From the IMG/VR virus record IMGVR_UViG_3300030107_001446, positions 1-64,000 of that record: a stretch of DNA of 64,000 nucleotides; one strand, given 5' to 3'. The notes under the pieces are model-generated. The model made no database searches. It saw only the letters and a program-made list of their open reading frames with translations, and was not told the DNA's origin. The position numbers and the translations under genes were made by a program. Of the stretch, positions 1 to 9,878 are shown piece by piece (the first letter of the stretch is position 1; every line of letters starts with the position of its first letter). Source of the DNA: a virus.

Positions 1-3000
1 GATGACCTAGTAGTAGGAGATGCTGGTTCATTCGGTGGTAACGTTGACATCACAGGAACTTTAGATGTCACAAATGACTTTGCAGTATCTAATAAGTTTA
101 GCGTTGCATCTTCAACAGGTAATACCAACATTGAAGGTACACTTACTGTTGATGGTAATGCTACCATTGGTGATGCAGCAGGTGATTCACACACAGTAAC
201 TGGTGTTGTCCAGTTTAACCAAGCAATAACTTCTACAGATATCACTGCTGATCAGATTAAGATCGGTGTTGATGCTGCTAATGAGATCAGTACTACTGCT
301 GGTAACTTAATACTAGATTCTGACGGAGGCACAGTTAATGTAACTGATGACCTTGATGTAGACAATAATTTAAACGTAGATGGAAATGCTAAAGTCGATG
401 GTACCTTTACAGTTGATGGGAATGCTACTATCGGGGATGCTTCTGGTGACAATCATGTGGTTAATGGAACAATTACTTTCAACCAAGCCATTACATCAAC
501 AAACATCACTGCTGATTCTGTTACCATTGGCGTGGATTCTGATGGTGAGATTAGCACAACTTCTGGCGTTAACCTCATCCTCGACTCTGCCACTGGAGAG
601 ACTCAGGTTGATGATAACCTAACTGTTACAGGTACATTAGATGTAGATGGTAACACACAGATTGGTAACAACTCTAGTGATGCTCATGCCTTTACAGGTA
701 CAGTAACATTCAATCAGGCAGTCACTTCTACTGACATCACTGCTGATAACGTCCGTATTGGTGTAGCAGGTGCATCTGAAATTGATACTTCTTCTGGTAA
801 CTTAACTCTTGACTCTAATACAGGAGAGACAGTTATTGATGATAACGTCACTGTATCTGGCACAGCAGACATTGGTGGTTTAACTACTATCACTGATTCT
901 CTAACAGTCAAGGCAGATAATAAGTTAGTTTCTATTCAGAATGCTGCTGGTCTAACCAAGTTTGAGATTGATACAGACAACGGTAATACAGATATTCAAG
1001 GCACTGTAAACATAGAGGGTGCTACAACTGTTGATGATACATTCAATGTAACTCAGGCAACTGATTTAGATGGCACTCTAAATGTAGATGGCACTGCAAC
1101 ATTCCAAAACGATGTTGTATTGAATGCTGACAATAAGAACTTTAAGATTCAGTTAGATAATGGCACAGACAAATTCACTGTTGCTTCAGCATCAGGTAAC
1201 ACGGATATTCAAGGAACACTGGATGTCAATGGAGCTACTAATGTTACTAACACTGTTGGTATCACTGGTGTTACCTCCGTTACTAATGCTACTAATCCTT
1301 CTAACCTAATTGACACTGCTGCGTTTAACGTGACAGGTGGTGCAGTTATTAATAAGGATGTCTTCTTCGGTGAAGACTTCTATATGGGTCCAAACAATGC
1401 TCCTACCTTATCAGTTGTAGGTGCATCTGGAAATACAACTATTCTTGGTACTCTTAACGTTACCAACACAACTACATTAGGGACTGCTGCTATCAGCACA
1501 CTTAACCTATCATCGAATGCTAATATCACAGGTTCGATTATAGTTAACACTGACAAATTTATTGTTGCAGGACTTACAGGTAATACTGACATCTTTGGTA
1601 CCTTAGATGTTAATGGTGCTACTACTATTACTAACACTCTTAATGTCACACAGAATGTAGACTTTGATGCTGACCTTAACGTAGATGGTAATCAGCAATT
1701 AGATGGCACACTTACTGTCGATTCAACTTCACTATTCAAAGATAGTCTTGTATTGAGAGGTGGTAGTAAGACATTAAAACTTCAGAATGGATCTGGCACT
1801 GACAAGGTTACATTACATTCCACAACTGGTAATGCTGAGATAACTGGTACTTCAACTCTTGGCACTCTTGACGTAACAAACAACACCACCATAGGTGGCA
1901 CACTTGGTGTAACAGGACAAATCACTGGTAACGTAACTGGTGACCTAACTGGTAATGCAGACACAGCATCGTTGGTTGACGTAACTGAGACTGCTACATC
2001 AAACTTGACATACTATCCTACTTTTGTTTCTACTACATCTGGTAACACTGAAGTCAGGACAGACTCTTCAAACTTACAATACAATCCTTCAACTAATACT
2101 CTTACAGTTACTAACTTTAAATCAGTTACTGACTTTGAGATTCAAGGTAACTTAAACGTTACTGGAGCATTGACATTCTTCCAGTCACAGGTTGGTAGTA
2201 TTGCTAACCATGATACTGATGCTCTTACTGAAGGAAGCACAAATCTTTATTTCACCAACGAGAGAGTTGATGATAGGGTTAACAACCTAATCAACGCTGG
2301 TACAGGTATATCTGCAACATATGATGATGCAGGTAATATGCTCACCTTGAGTGCAGTCCAGTCAGACCTTAATACTGACAACTTCACTGAAGGATCTACC
2401 AACCTCTTCACCACTGCAGCTAGAACGAGGACTCATTTCACGTATGGTAACGGTGTTGAGTTATCGGGTGGTGGAGAACTTTCTGTTACTCAGGCAGACA
2501 TTAATACTGATAACGTAACTGAAGGTTCTACTAATCTATTCACCACTGCTGCTAGGACTCGTGGACATGTTAGTGCTACTGGAGACATAGCATATAATGC
2601 TGCTACTGGTGTATTCTCATACACAACTCCTACAACTATTGCATCTCTATCTAACCATGATACTGATGACCTTGCTGAAGGATCAAATCTATACTATACA
2701 GATGAGAGAGTTGATGACAGAATCAATGCTCTAATCATTGCTGGTACTGGTGTTACTAAGGTCTATGACGATGGTGCTAATACATACACACTATCTGTTA
2801 CTCAGGCAGATGTTAACTCTGATAACATCACTGAGGGATCAACAAATCTCTTTACCACTGCTGCCAGAACAAGGACACACTTTACATATGGCACAGGTAT
2901 AACACATAGTGGTGGCACTCTATCTGTTACACAGGCAGATATTAATACTGATAATGTAACTGAAGGATCTACCAATATCTTCTATACAGAGGGACGTTTC

Positions 3001-3825
3001 GACGCAAGTCTTGGAGGTAAGAGTACAGCAGATTTGGCAGAGGGAGCTAACCTCTACTATACAGATGCTAGAGCAGACGCAAGAATTGCTGCTGCTGACA
3101 CTGGAGATCTTAGTGAGGGTAGTAACCTTTACTGGACTAATGCTCGTGGTGATGCTCGTATTGCATTACAAGTTGGTGCAAACCTTGACCTATCAAGTAA
3201 GTCAACTTCTGACCTATCTGAAGGCACAAATCTTTACTACACAGATGCTAGAGCAGACGCAAGAATTGCTGCTGCTGATACAGATGACCTATCTGAAGGA
3301 TCATCTAACCTTTACTTCACTAATGCTAGAGCAGATGCACGTATCGCTGCTGCTGATACTGGAGACCTTGCAGAAGGAAGTAATCTTTACTACACCGATG
3401 CACGTGCTGATGCTCGTGTAACAGCAGGTATTACTGGAAAACTTGATGCTTCTGCTGTTAGCACCTTCGGTGGAACTCTAATTGATGACGCAGACGCTGC
3501 TGCTGCAAGGACAACTCTTGGACTTGGTACTGCTGCTCAATCTGCTACAGGTGACTTCGCTACTGCTGCACAAGGTACTAAAGCAGATGATGCTGCACCA
3601 TTAGCATCTCCTACACTGACAGGTACACCTGCTGCACCTACTGCTGCTCAAGCAACCAACACAACACAGATTGCTACCACAGCATTTGTCCAGTCTAATT
3701 TAACTGCTGCATTACTTCGCACTGCTCTTGGTATTGTTTCAGCAGCAAACGATGCTGGTTCTGGACTTGCATCTGGAGAGATGTATTTCAATACCACATC
3801 TAACACCTACGTACTTGTAGCATAA
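1..3825 (+). CDS. Large tail fibre / virion structural protein (5' truncated by window edge)
   Basis: Frame 1 is open from base 1 to the stop at 3825. Thr/Gly/Asp/Asn-rich beta repeats, 11 EGS-N-LY-T repeats and a C-terminal SPTLTGTPAAPT...IATTAFV tail-fibre motif; lies just before gp13. Confidence 0.85.
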   Translation, partial: DDLVVGDAGSFGGNVDITGTLDVTNDFAVSNKFSVASSTGNTNIEGTLTVDGNATIGDAAGDSHTVTGVVQFNQAITSTDITADQIKIGVDAANEISTTAGNLILDSDGGTVNVTDDLDVDNNLNVDGNAKVDGTFTVDGNATIGDASGDNHVVNGTITFNQAITSTNITADSVTIGVDSDGEISTTSGVNLILDSATGETQVDDNLTVTGTLDVDGNTQIGNNSSDAHAFTGTVTFNQAVTSTDITADNVRIGVAGASEIDTSSGNLTLDSNTGETVIDDNVTVSGTADIGGLTTITDSLTVKADNKLVSIQNAAGLTKFEIDTDNGNTDIQGTVNIEGATTVDDTFNVTQATDLDGTLNVDGTATFQNDVVLNADNKNFKIQLDNGTDKFTVASASGNTDIQGTLDVNGATNVTNTVGITGVTSVTNATNPSNLIDTAAFNVTGGAVINKDVFFGEDFYMGPNNAPTLSVVGASGNTTILGTLNVTNTTTLGTAAISTLNLSSNANITGSIIVNTDKFIVAGLTGNTDIFGTLDVNGATTITNTLNVTQNVDFDADLNVDGNQQLDGTLTVDSTSLFKDSLVLRGGSKTLKLQNGSGTDKVTLHSTTGNAEITGTSTLGTLDVTNNTTIGGTLGVTGQITGNVTGDLTGNADTASLVDVTETATSNLTYYPTFVSTTSGNTEVRTDSSNLQYNPSTNTLTVTNFKSVTDFEIQGNLNVTGALTFFQSQVGSIANHDTDALTEGSTNLYFTNERVDDRVNNLINAGTGISATYDDAGNMLTLSAVQSDLNTDNFTEGSTNLFTTAARTRTHFTYGNGVELSGGGELSVTQADINTDNVTEGSTNLFTTAARTRGHVSATGDIAYNAATGVFSYTTPTTIASLSNHDTDDLAEGSNLYYTDERVDDRINALIIAGTGVTKVYDDGANTYTLSVTQADVNSDNITEGSTNLFTTAARTRTHFTYGTGITHSGGTLSVTQADINTDNVTEGSTNIFYTEGRFDASLGGKSTADLAEGANLYYTDARADARIAAADTGDLSEGSNLYWTNARGDARIALQVGANLDLSSKSTSDLSEGTNLYYTDARADARIAAADTDDLSEGSSNLYFTNARADARIAAADTGDLAEGSNLYYTDARADARVTAGITGKLDASAVSTFGGTLIDDADAAAARTTLGLGTAAQSATGDFATAAQGTKADDAAPLASPTLTGTPAAPTAAQATNTTQIATTAFVQSNLTAALLRTALGIVSAANDAGSGLASGEMYFNTTSNTYVLVA
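2209..3420 (+). repeat. 11 imperfect coding repeats (TDxLxEGS(T)NLY/F-T-x2-R) in the tail fibre
   Basis: Counted in the translation; includes an exact 38-nt DNA repeat at 3061-3098 and 3241-3278. Confidence 0.9.
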
Positions 3826-4631
3826 TGGCAACACCCACATCAAAAGCTGAATTAAAAGAATATGCTTTACGCAGGTTAGGTAAACCTGTACTAGAGATCA
3901 ACGTCTCTGATGATCAATGCGATGACGCTATTGATTATACCTTACAGAAGTTTCAACAGTTCCATTATGATGGTGCTGAAAGAGTCTACCTAAAGCATAA
4001 GATAACTCAGGCGGATCTTGATAGGGCAAAGGATACTAATGATACTACAACTACTTCAGTAGCTGGAAATTCCACGTGGTTGGAATCAAATACTTATATA
4101 GAAATACCACAACATATACTTTCCATTGAAGGAATATTCTCCTTCACTGATAAGGGTACTGCAAACATATTTGATATTAGATATCAGATGCGTTTGAATG
4201 ACTTGTATGATTTTACATCTACACAGTTCTATCATTACTATATGATTCAGCAACACTTGGGTACAATTGATTTTCTATTAGAAGGAATCAAACCTACTCG
4301 TTATATTGCTACTCAGAATAGATTATATCTTGATATGGATTGGCAAGCAGATGTATTATTAGATCAGTATTTTGTTATTAAATGTTGGAGAGCATTGGAT
4401 CCTCTCACATGGACAGAGATATATGACAACATGTGGGTCAAGGATTACACTGCTGCTAAGATTAAGAAGCAGTGGGGTGCTAATATGACCAAATTCCAAA
4501 ACGTCCAGATGCCAGGTGGTGTCACTCTTAACGGAGAGATGATTTATAATGATGCAGTCCAAGAGTTAAAAGATTTGGATGAGCAACTCAGACAACAGTG
4601 GGAAACTCCACCATTAGACATGATAGGATAA
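3825..4631 (+). CDS. gp13: Neck protein gp13
   Basis: ELKEYALRRLGKPVLEINV and KKQWGANMTKF...MPGGVTLNG motifs; synteny. Confidence 0.92.
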   Translation: MATPTSKAELKEYALRRLGKPVLEINVSDDQCDDAIDYTLQKFQQFHYDGAERVYLKHKITQADLDRAKDTNDTTTTSVAGNSTWLESNTYIEIPQHILSIEGIFSFTDKGTANIFDIRYQMRLNDLYDFTSTQFYHYYMIQQHLGTIDFLLEGIKPTRYIATQNRLYLDMDWQADVLLDQYFVIKCWRALDPLTWTEIYDNMWVKDYTAAKIKKQWGANMTKFQNVQMPGGVTLNGEMIYNDAVQELKDLDEQLRQQWETPPLDMIG

Positions 4632-4632
4632 C

Positions 4633-5508
4633 ATGGCTACTAACCCTTATTTTACTCAAGGAACTACAGGTGAGCAAGACATGCATGAAAGTCTTGTCAT
4701 TGAGCAGATTAAGATGTACGGTAAGAATGTTTATTATATCCCAAGGACTTTAGTTAAAACTGATAGTGTATTCGGTGAGGATACAATGTCGAAGTTTGAG
4801 GGAGCATTTGAGATAGAAGCATACATTGAAGACAACACAGGATTCCGAGGAGACGGTGATATGTTCTCCAAATTCGGAGTCCAAATTGCTGATCAGGCAA
4901 CGTTTGTTATCTCAAGAACAAGATTCACTACTGCGGTAGATGATAACGCAACCTTAATAGTGGAGGGTAGACCAAATGAAGGCGATCTCGTATACTTCCC
5001 GATGGCAAATAAGATCTTTGAGATCCAGTTTGTCGAGTATGAAGTACCATTTTTCACGTTGGGTAAACAATATACTTGGGGACTCAGATGTGAACTCTTC
5101 CAGTACAGCGACGAAGATATCGACACAGGAATCACAGAAGTTGATGCAGTGGAGGTCAATTATGCCAATGCAATAAGTGTTAACGTTGCTGATGGTGGTA
5201 GCGGAGACTTCGTTGCTGAGGAGATTGTAACAGGTGGTAACTCTAATGTCACTGCTACTGTTAAGTCTTGGAATAGTGCTACACGTCAGTTAGTTGTATA
5301 CAATAGGTCAGGAATCTTCAGTATACCTGAGACTCTTACTGGTAATACATCTAGTGCTGCGTGGACTTCTGCTACATATAATACACTAAATAATGTGAAT
5401 GACGAATCACAAGCCAACTTTGTCATAGAGACACAGGCAGATGGTATCATTGATTTCACTGAAGGCAATCCCTTTGGTGAGTTTGGAAATAAAGGAAGTA
5501 GTATCTAA
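4633..5508 (+). CDS. gp14: Neck protein gp14
   Basis: ESLVIEQIKMYG..VYYIPR, PNEGDLVYFP, NPFGE motifs; follows gp13. Confidence 0.92.
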   Translation: MATNPYFTQGTTGEQDMHESLVIEQIKMYGKNVYYIPRTLVKTDSVFGEDTMSKFEGAFEIEAYIEDNTGFRGDGDMFSKFGVQIADQATFVISRTRFTTAVDDNATLIVEGRPNEGDLVYFPMANKIFEIQFVEYEVPFFTLGKQYTWGLRCELFQYSDEDIDTGITEVDAVEVNYANAISVNVADGGSGDFVAEEIVTGGNSNVTATVKSWNSATRQLVVYNRSGIFSIPETLTGNTSSAAWTSATYNTLNNVNDESQANFVIETQADGIIDFTEGNPFGEFGNKGSSI

Positions 5509-6305
5509 TGTTAGGAACTTATTCATATCACGAAATTATTAAGAAGACAGTGGTCGGTTTCGGTACACTGTTTAATAATATTGAACTTCGTAGGGTAACA
5601 TCTGGTAAAACAGAAGTTATGAAAGTGCCTCTGGCATATGGTCCTCGTCAGAAATTTCTACAACGTCTGCAACAGGTAGGTCTTAATAAGACTACAACTC
5701 AAATTACTCTACCTCGTATCTCCTTTGAGATACAAGGGTTTAATTATGATGCTACTCGTAAGGTATCTCCTACTCAGTATTTAAGGTCTACTCAAGCTGA
5801 TGGTAAAGAGTTTAAATCCTTTATGCCAATACCATATAATTTGAATTTTGAATTGGCAATCATGGCAAAGAATCAAGACGATGGTCTTCAGATTCTTGAG
5901 CAGATATTACCTTACTTTCAACCAAGTTTTAGTATCACACTAAACCTTGTGCCTACTATGGATGAGAAGAAGGACTATCCAATTACATTAACATCTATAG
6001 ATTATCAGGATGTATATGAGGGTGACTACGATACTCGTAGGACTCTGGTATATACTTTACAGTTTGTTGCTAAGACTTACCTATACGGTCCAGTCCAAGA
6101 CAAGTCTGGAGAGGTTATCAAGAAGGCTATTGTTGATTACACTGCTGATACTAAGAATGCACCTAATGCACCACGTGAGATTAGATATCAGGTAACACCT
6201 GATCCAATCACTGCTGACGCAGATGACGATTTTGGATTCAGTGAGATGACCAGTGAGTTTGTAGATGCTAAACAGTATAACCCAGTGACAGGACAAGATG
6301 AGTGA
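5508..6305 (+). CDS. gp15: Tail sheath stabilizer / tail terminator gp15
   Basis: YHEIIKKTVVGFGTLFNNI, KVPLAYGPRQKF, LPRISFE, QILEQILPYFQP. Confidence 0.92.
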   Translation: MLGTYSYHEIIKKTVVGFGTLFNNIELRRVTSGKTEVMKVPLAYGPRQKFLQRLQQVGLNKTTTQITLPRISFEIQGFNYDATRKVSPTQYLRSTQADGKEFKSFMPIPYNLNFELAIMAKNQDDGLQILEQILPYFQPSFSITLNLVPTMDEKKDYPITLTSIDYQDVYEGDYDTRRTLVYTLQFVAKTYLYGPVQDKSGEVIKKAIVDYTADTKNAPNAPREIRYQVTPDPITADADDDFGFSEMTSEFVDAKQYNPVTGQDE

Positions 6306-6726
6306 TTTTGAAGCTATTGAAAATGCAATGAACGTGGACACTTCCATTGTTGAAAATGAAGGTGGTTGCGTTAAACGCAGTGATAAGGCACTTGAGGTCG
6401 CACAAGATACTAAAAAACAACTGAGGAAAGACTATGACTATACAAGAGGTAATTTATATTCTCTAATAGAAAAAGGTCAAGAAGCAGTTGATGGTATACT
6501 TGAGTTAGCACAAGAGTCAGACCAACCAAGAGCATATGAAGTAGCAGGACAACTTATCAAACATGTCGGTGACGTTGCTGATAAACTTGCAGACCTTCAT
6601 AAAAAAGTTAATGAGATAGAGAATCCGAAAGGATCTTCATCTGATAAACAAGTCACCAACAACACCATGTTTGTTGGTAGCACAGCAGAACTTGCTAAAT
6701 TCTTAAAACAAAAGCAAGATAAATAA
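6298..6726 (+). CDS. gp16: Terminase small subunit gp16
   Basis: DYDYTRGNL, PRAYEVAGQLIK, FVGSTAELAKFLK. Confidence 0.9.
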   Translation: MSDFEAIENAMNVDTSIVENEGGCVKRSDKALEVAQDTKKQLRKDYDYTRGNLYSLIEKGQEAVDGILELAQESDQPRAYEVAGQLIKHVGDVADKLADLHKKVNEIENPKGSSSDKQVTNNTMFVGSTAELAKFLKQKQDK

Positions 6727-6749
6727 TCTAGTAAAGGTATTCTTTAAAC

Positions 6750-7283
6750 ATGTCAGTATTAAATGTTATTGATACGCAAACAGTAAGTGGTTCGGGTACT
6801 GCCTACATCACAGTTAAATCTGGTGTACTGCGTGTCCTTGCAACTTCAGCGTCTTCAATACAAGTTAACGCTGGACCTGCAATCACCCTCGCAGCAGGTG
6901 TCCCTGAGTTAATCTCATGTGGCAAACCTGCAAACGCAAGAATTGCATCTGCAACTGATGCTAACCCTATGGTTATCACTGTAGAAAGTGGTGGTACTCC
7001 TGCACATAAATTTGTGGCTGGAGATTATATCTCTACTCAGAATGGTGGTGACTCTAACTTCGCAGCAGCATTTGTTTCTGTTGTAGGTGGGGGTAAAGCA
7101 GTTGCTTCTGTAACTGATACTACTATTACTACTAACATCGATTCATCTGGTGCTAGTGGAGACTATAGTAATGCTGATGCACAACTAATAGCTGGTGAAA
7201 CTCCTCAAGTTAATAGAGCAGTTAAACTAACAGCAGGTAGTGCTGATGTAATCGTAGAGCAAGTCCAAATCGTTGGTGGATAA
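6750..7283 (+). CDS. Hypothetical late protein, probably virion-associated
   Basis: 177 aa small-residue beta-rich ORF; late-promoter-like ATAAATA at about 6719-6725. Confidence 0.6.
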   Translation: MSVLNVIDTQTVSGSGTAYITVKSGVLRVLATSASSIQVNAGPAITLAAGVPELISCGKPANARIASATDANPMVITVESGGTPAHKFVAGDYISTQNGGDSNFAAAFVSVVGGGKAVASVTDTTITTNIDSSGASGDYSNADAQLIAGETPQVNRAVKLTAGSADVIVEQVQIVGG

Positions 7284-7284
7284 C

Positions 7285-8889
7285 ATGTTATCTTTCTCAC
7301 AACTTAATGAGCTGAAGAATTCAACTTTATTAAGTTACAGTCAAAAAGCAACAAATGATTTAGCCTTCAGTGGTGATGGTAAAAAGAAAGCTCGTAAGAG
7401 AGCTACTGGAATCAAAACCGCTACAGGGAGATTAGCATTGAGAGCTACTGATCCTGATGGTAAGTTAGGAGTCAATAAGAATCCTAAGAATGAAGAGTTT
7501 GAGCAGGAAGGTACAACTTGGGGTCTCTATAAGGGAGACGGTAAACCTAAAGGTGCTGCTGCTGCTTTTGTTAAGAAAAAGAAAGATAAGAAAAAGGAAG
7601 AAAAGAAGACTGTAGATGAGGCAAAGGTAGATAAAGGTCGTAGCGATTACGGTAAAGCATCTATCAGAAACTACAGAAGAGCAGGTCCAGGTCACGGTGA
7701 ACCTGGTATGTTTGACCCTGAAGGTAAGAGAGGGAAAACTATTGACAAACGTAGGGAAGAGCACAAAGCACGTCGTGGTGTAAAGGGTGCTAAAGTACCT
7801 GCATATAAGAGAGAAGAGTATGTCCCAGAGGAGGGATATGACCACTGGAGAGACAAGCAACTAGAAAGAGGTACTTGGAAAGGTGGTGGTGGATCCTCTG
7901 GCGGTGGAGGTAAGAAATCCAAAGGTAAAACTGTTTACCAAAAACAAGCAGAGAAGGAGCACGGTAAGGGTGTTACTGCTCTCGACATCGTTAAGAAAAA
8001 CATTGAAAAGAAACATGGTAAAGGAGCTATTATGAAAAACGAAGAAGTAATCAGTGAATTATCTGCTGATAAACTATTAGATGCATCTAAGGCTGCTGAT
8101 AAAGACCGTGGTAAGAAAGCAGTAGCTGGCGATAGAGAAGGTGCTAAGAAGCGAGTCAAGCAAGCAGCTAAATTCTATACAGCAAGTGCTAAGAAAAGAA
8201 AGTCTGAAGCAAAGGAAGAGTATACTGTTACCAATGCTGACAAGAAAGGTAACACACCTGCATGGCAAGGATACAAGTCAGGTAAGAAGAATGCCAAGAC
8301 AGGTAAACCTCTATACAAGGCTGCTGACCATGTGAAAGAAGGTCACTGGGAGTATCACGAACCAGAAGGACTCAAGAGATTCTCTGAATTTCTTAAGGAA
8401 GGTAACCCCACTACTCGTATGATGAGTAAGTCTAAGACACAAACCACTGGAAACATTAGTGCAGACAGAGGTACAGACGCAAAAAAGAATAAAGAGTCCC
8501 GCAAGGGGCTCGAAAAAGACCTCAAGAAGAAAGGAATAGGATATAAGAAGGGAGTAGGTGAATACAAATATAAGAAGGATGGTAAAGAAGGTACTGGACG
8601 TGAAGTATCATACCAAACCTCACCAGGTAAAGGTATGAGTAAGAGACGCTTTGGTAAAGTTATGCGACGATTGGGTCGTAAACATGGACAAGAAAGTGTT
8701 ATAACTAAAGATAAGGATAAGCCAGCACGTTTACATGACACCCAGTCTAAGAAACCAGGCAAGTCAGAAAAGTTAGGTAAGACAAAAGCTGGTAAACATC
8801 CTAAGGGATACGGTGAGACATCTGGTACAAAGGTCAGAAGTAAAAACTTATCTAAGAAGACAAACAAACCGAGTTACCATTATGGCTAA
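7285..8889 (+). CDS. Lys/Gly-rich modular protein, putative capsid-internal polyprotein
   Basis: ATG at 7285 (the track start at 7273 is TTG). Very basic modules separated by acidic xxE motifs, including LKRFSEFLKE. Confidence 0.6.
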   Translation: MLSFSQLNELKNSTLLSYSQKATNDLAFSGDGKKKARKRATGIKTATGRLALRATDPDGKLGVNKNPKNEEFEQEGTTWGLYKGDGKPKGAAAAFVKKKKDKKKEEKKTVDEAKVDKGRSDYGKASIRNYRRAGPGHGEPGMFDPEGKRGKTIDKRREEHKARRGVKGAKVPAYKREEYVPEEGYDHWRDKQLERGTWKGGGGSSGGGGKKSKGKTVYQKQAEKEHGKGVTALDIVKKNIEKKHGKGAIMKNEEVISELSADKLLDASKAADKDRGKKAVAGDREGAKKRVKQAAKFYTASAKKRKSEAKEEYTVTNADKKGNTPAWQGYKSGKKNAKTGKPLYKAADHVKEGHWEYHEPEGLKRFSEFLKEGNPTTRMMSKSKTQTTGNISADRGTDAKKNKESRKGLEKDLKKKGIGYKKGVGEYKYKKDGKEGTGREVSYQTSPGKGMSKRRFGKVMRRLGRKHGQESVITKDKDKPARLHDTQSKKPGKSEKLGKTKAGKHPKGYGETSGTKVRSKNLSKKTNKPSYHYG

Positions 8890-9001
8890 ATTAGTATGTC
8901 AGCACTGTGGACTGACACCTCCTCAAGGTCACCCAGACCCAGAGAGATATATAAAACAGCATGAGGCTAACTGCCCCAAGCATCCTAATCACAACAAATA
9001 A
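8882..9001 (+). CDS. 39-aa C2HC zinc-finger-like miniprotein
   Basis: MAKLVCQHCG...KQHEANCP gives C-x2-C-x17-H-x3-C; start overlaps the upstream stop. Confidence 0.5.
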   Translation: MAKLVCQHCGLTPPQGHPDPERYIKQHEANCPKHPNHNK

Positions 9002-9005
9002 AATC

Positions 9006-9248
9006 ATGGGTACATTACATATGAGAGAGCAACTATTACGTGCTATGTTGGCACATGCTCAAGGTGAAATTGAAAAGCATAAGGCAAACGTCAATGTTTA
9101 CCTAGAACATCCAGCTGGTATTGGAGAGCATTCTGATATCACCGAAGCAATCGGTCAAGAGCTTGATAAGATATCAAGATACCATGATCAGGTTGAGGTT
9201 ATAAATAAGTATTTCAGAGCCCCAACAACAGCAAGAATAAATGAGTGA
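9006..9248 (+). CDS. Hypothetical small helical protein
   Basis: Tightly packed ORF (LLRAMLAHAQGEIEKHKANV...HPAGIGEHSD). Confidence 0.65.
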   Translation: MGTLHMREQLLRAMLAHAQGEIEKHKANVNVYLEHPAGIGEHSDITEAIGQELDKISRYHDQVEVINKYFRAPTTARINE

Positions 9249-9390
9249 CACCGAAGACAAGAAGGTAGCGAAGAAGATAATTAAACAACGTAAAGCAAAC
9301 AAAAACCTTTGGACAAAGGAGGATGTTTTGTATGCTAAATTGGTCAGGAAACGCATAAAAGAGATACAAAAACAAGACAAAAAAGTATAA
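9241..9390 (+). CDS. 49-aa basic hypothetical protein
   Basis: Read manually: MSDTEDKKVAKKIIKQRK...; overlaps the previous stop. Confidence 0.5.
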   Translation: MSDTEDKKVAKKIIKQRKANKNLWTKEDVLYAKLVRKRIKEIQKQDKKV

Positions 9391-9430
9391 ATACTTACAT
9401 ACTTTGAAACTTAGTGGAGTTGAAACTATC

Positions 9431-9598
9431 ATGTCCCACTATACGGTTGGCTACCACGATACAAGCCGCAATCACTATGAAATATGTGAGTATGCAGAAG
9501 ATGCATATGAAGCAATAAAGAATTCAAAAGAGGATGTCCCTGGTCTAAGGGAGCATCCTCATTTTATTGATTACTGTACCATGGGTATGGAGCTATGA
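9431..9598 (+). CDS. Hypothetical protein (MSHYTVGYHD...EHPHFIDYC)
   Basis: ORF follows TATAAATA at 9386-9393; coupled to the next ORF via ATGA. Confidence 0.6.
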   Translation: MSHYTVGYHDTSRNHYEICEYAEDAYEAIKNSKEDVPGLREHPHFIDYCTMGMEL

Positions 9599-9708
9599 GT
9601 CGTATTACGAAGCATAAGCATGAGATAATGTGGTGGATGAGTAGACTCACAGTGATGGGAGTTTCTCTAGGATTAGCATTTAGACTTGCTGCTGAAGCAT
9701 ACGTCTAA
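9595..9708 (+). CDS. 37-aa membrane miniprotein
   Basis: Read manually: MSRITKHKHEIMWWMSRLTVMGVSLGLAFRLAAEAYV; ATGA and TAATG coupling at both ends. Confidence 0.5.
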   Translation: MSRITKHKHEIMWWMSRLTVMGVSLGLAFRLAAEAYV

Positions 9709-9878
9709 TGGTTGTGTGGGGTGTTATCTGGATGATCGCAATACTACTCATTGCGGTAGGGGTGGTAATCGTATACATATTTAAGTATGATGATTGGTAC
9801 CCCAATGGGAAAGATGACACCACCGTCGAGGAAGAGTTGCTACAACTTCCGAGTGACGGAGATAGTAAAAGTAGTTGA
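9708..9878 (+). CDS. Small single-pass membrane protein
   Basis: Read manually: MVVWGVIWMIAILLIAVGVVIVYIFKYDDWY...; overlaps the nuclease start. Confidence 0.45.
   Translation: MVVWGVIWMIAILLIAVGVVIVYIFKYDDWYPNGKDDTTVEEELLQLPSDGDSKSS

Noticed and set aside
2209-3420. Regularly spaced DNA repeats resembling a CRISPR array
   Set aside because: The repeats are in-frame, degenerate at third codon positions and inside the tail-fibre ORF; there are no unique spacers or cas genes.
9385-9398. GTA-N8-TAC, an NtcA-like box
   Set aside because: It overlaps a late promoter, lacks a correctly spaced -10, and many such 6-base matches are expected by chance in 64 kb.
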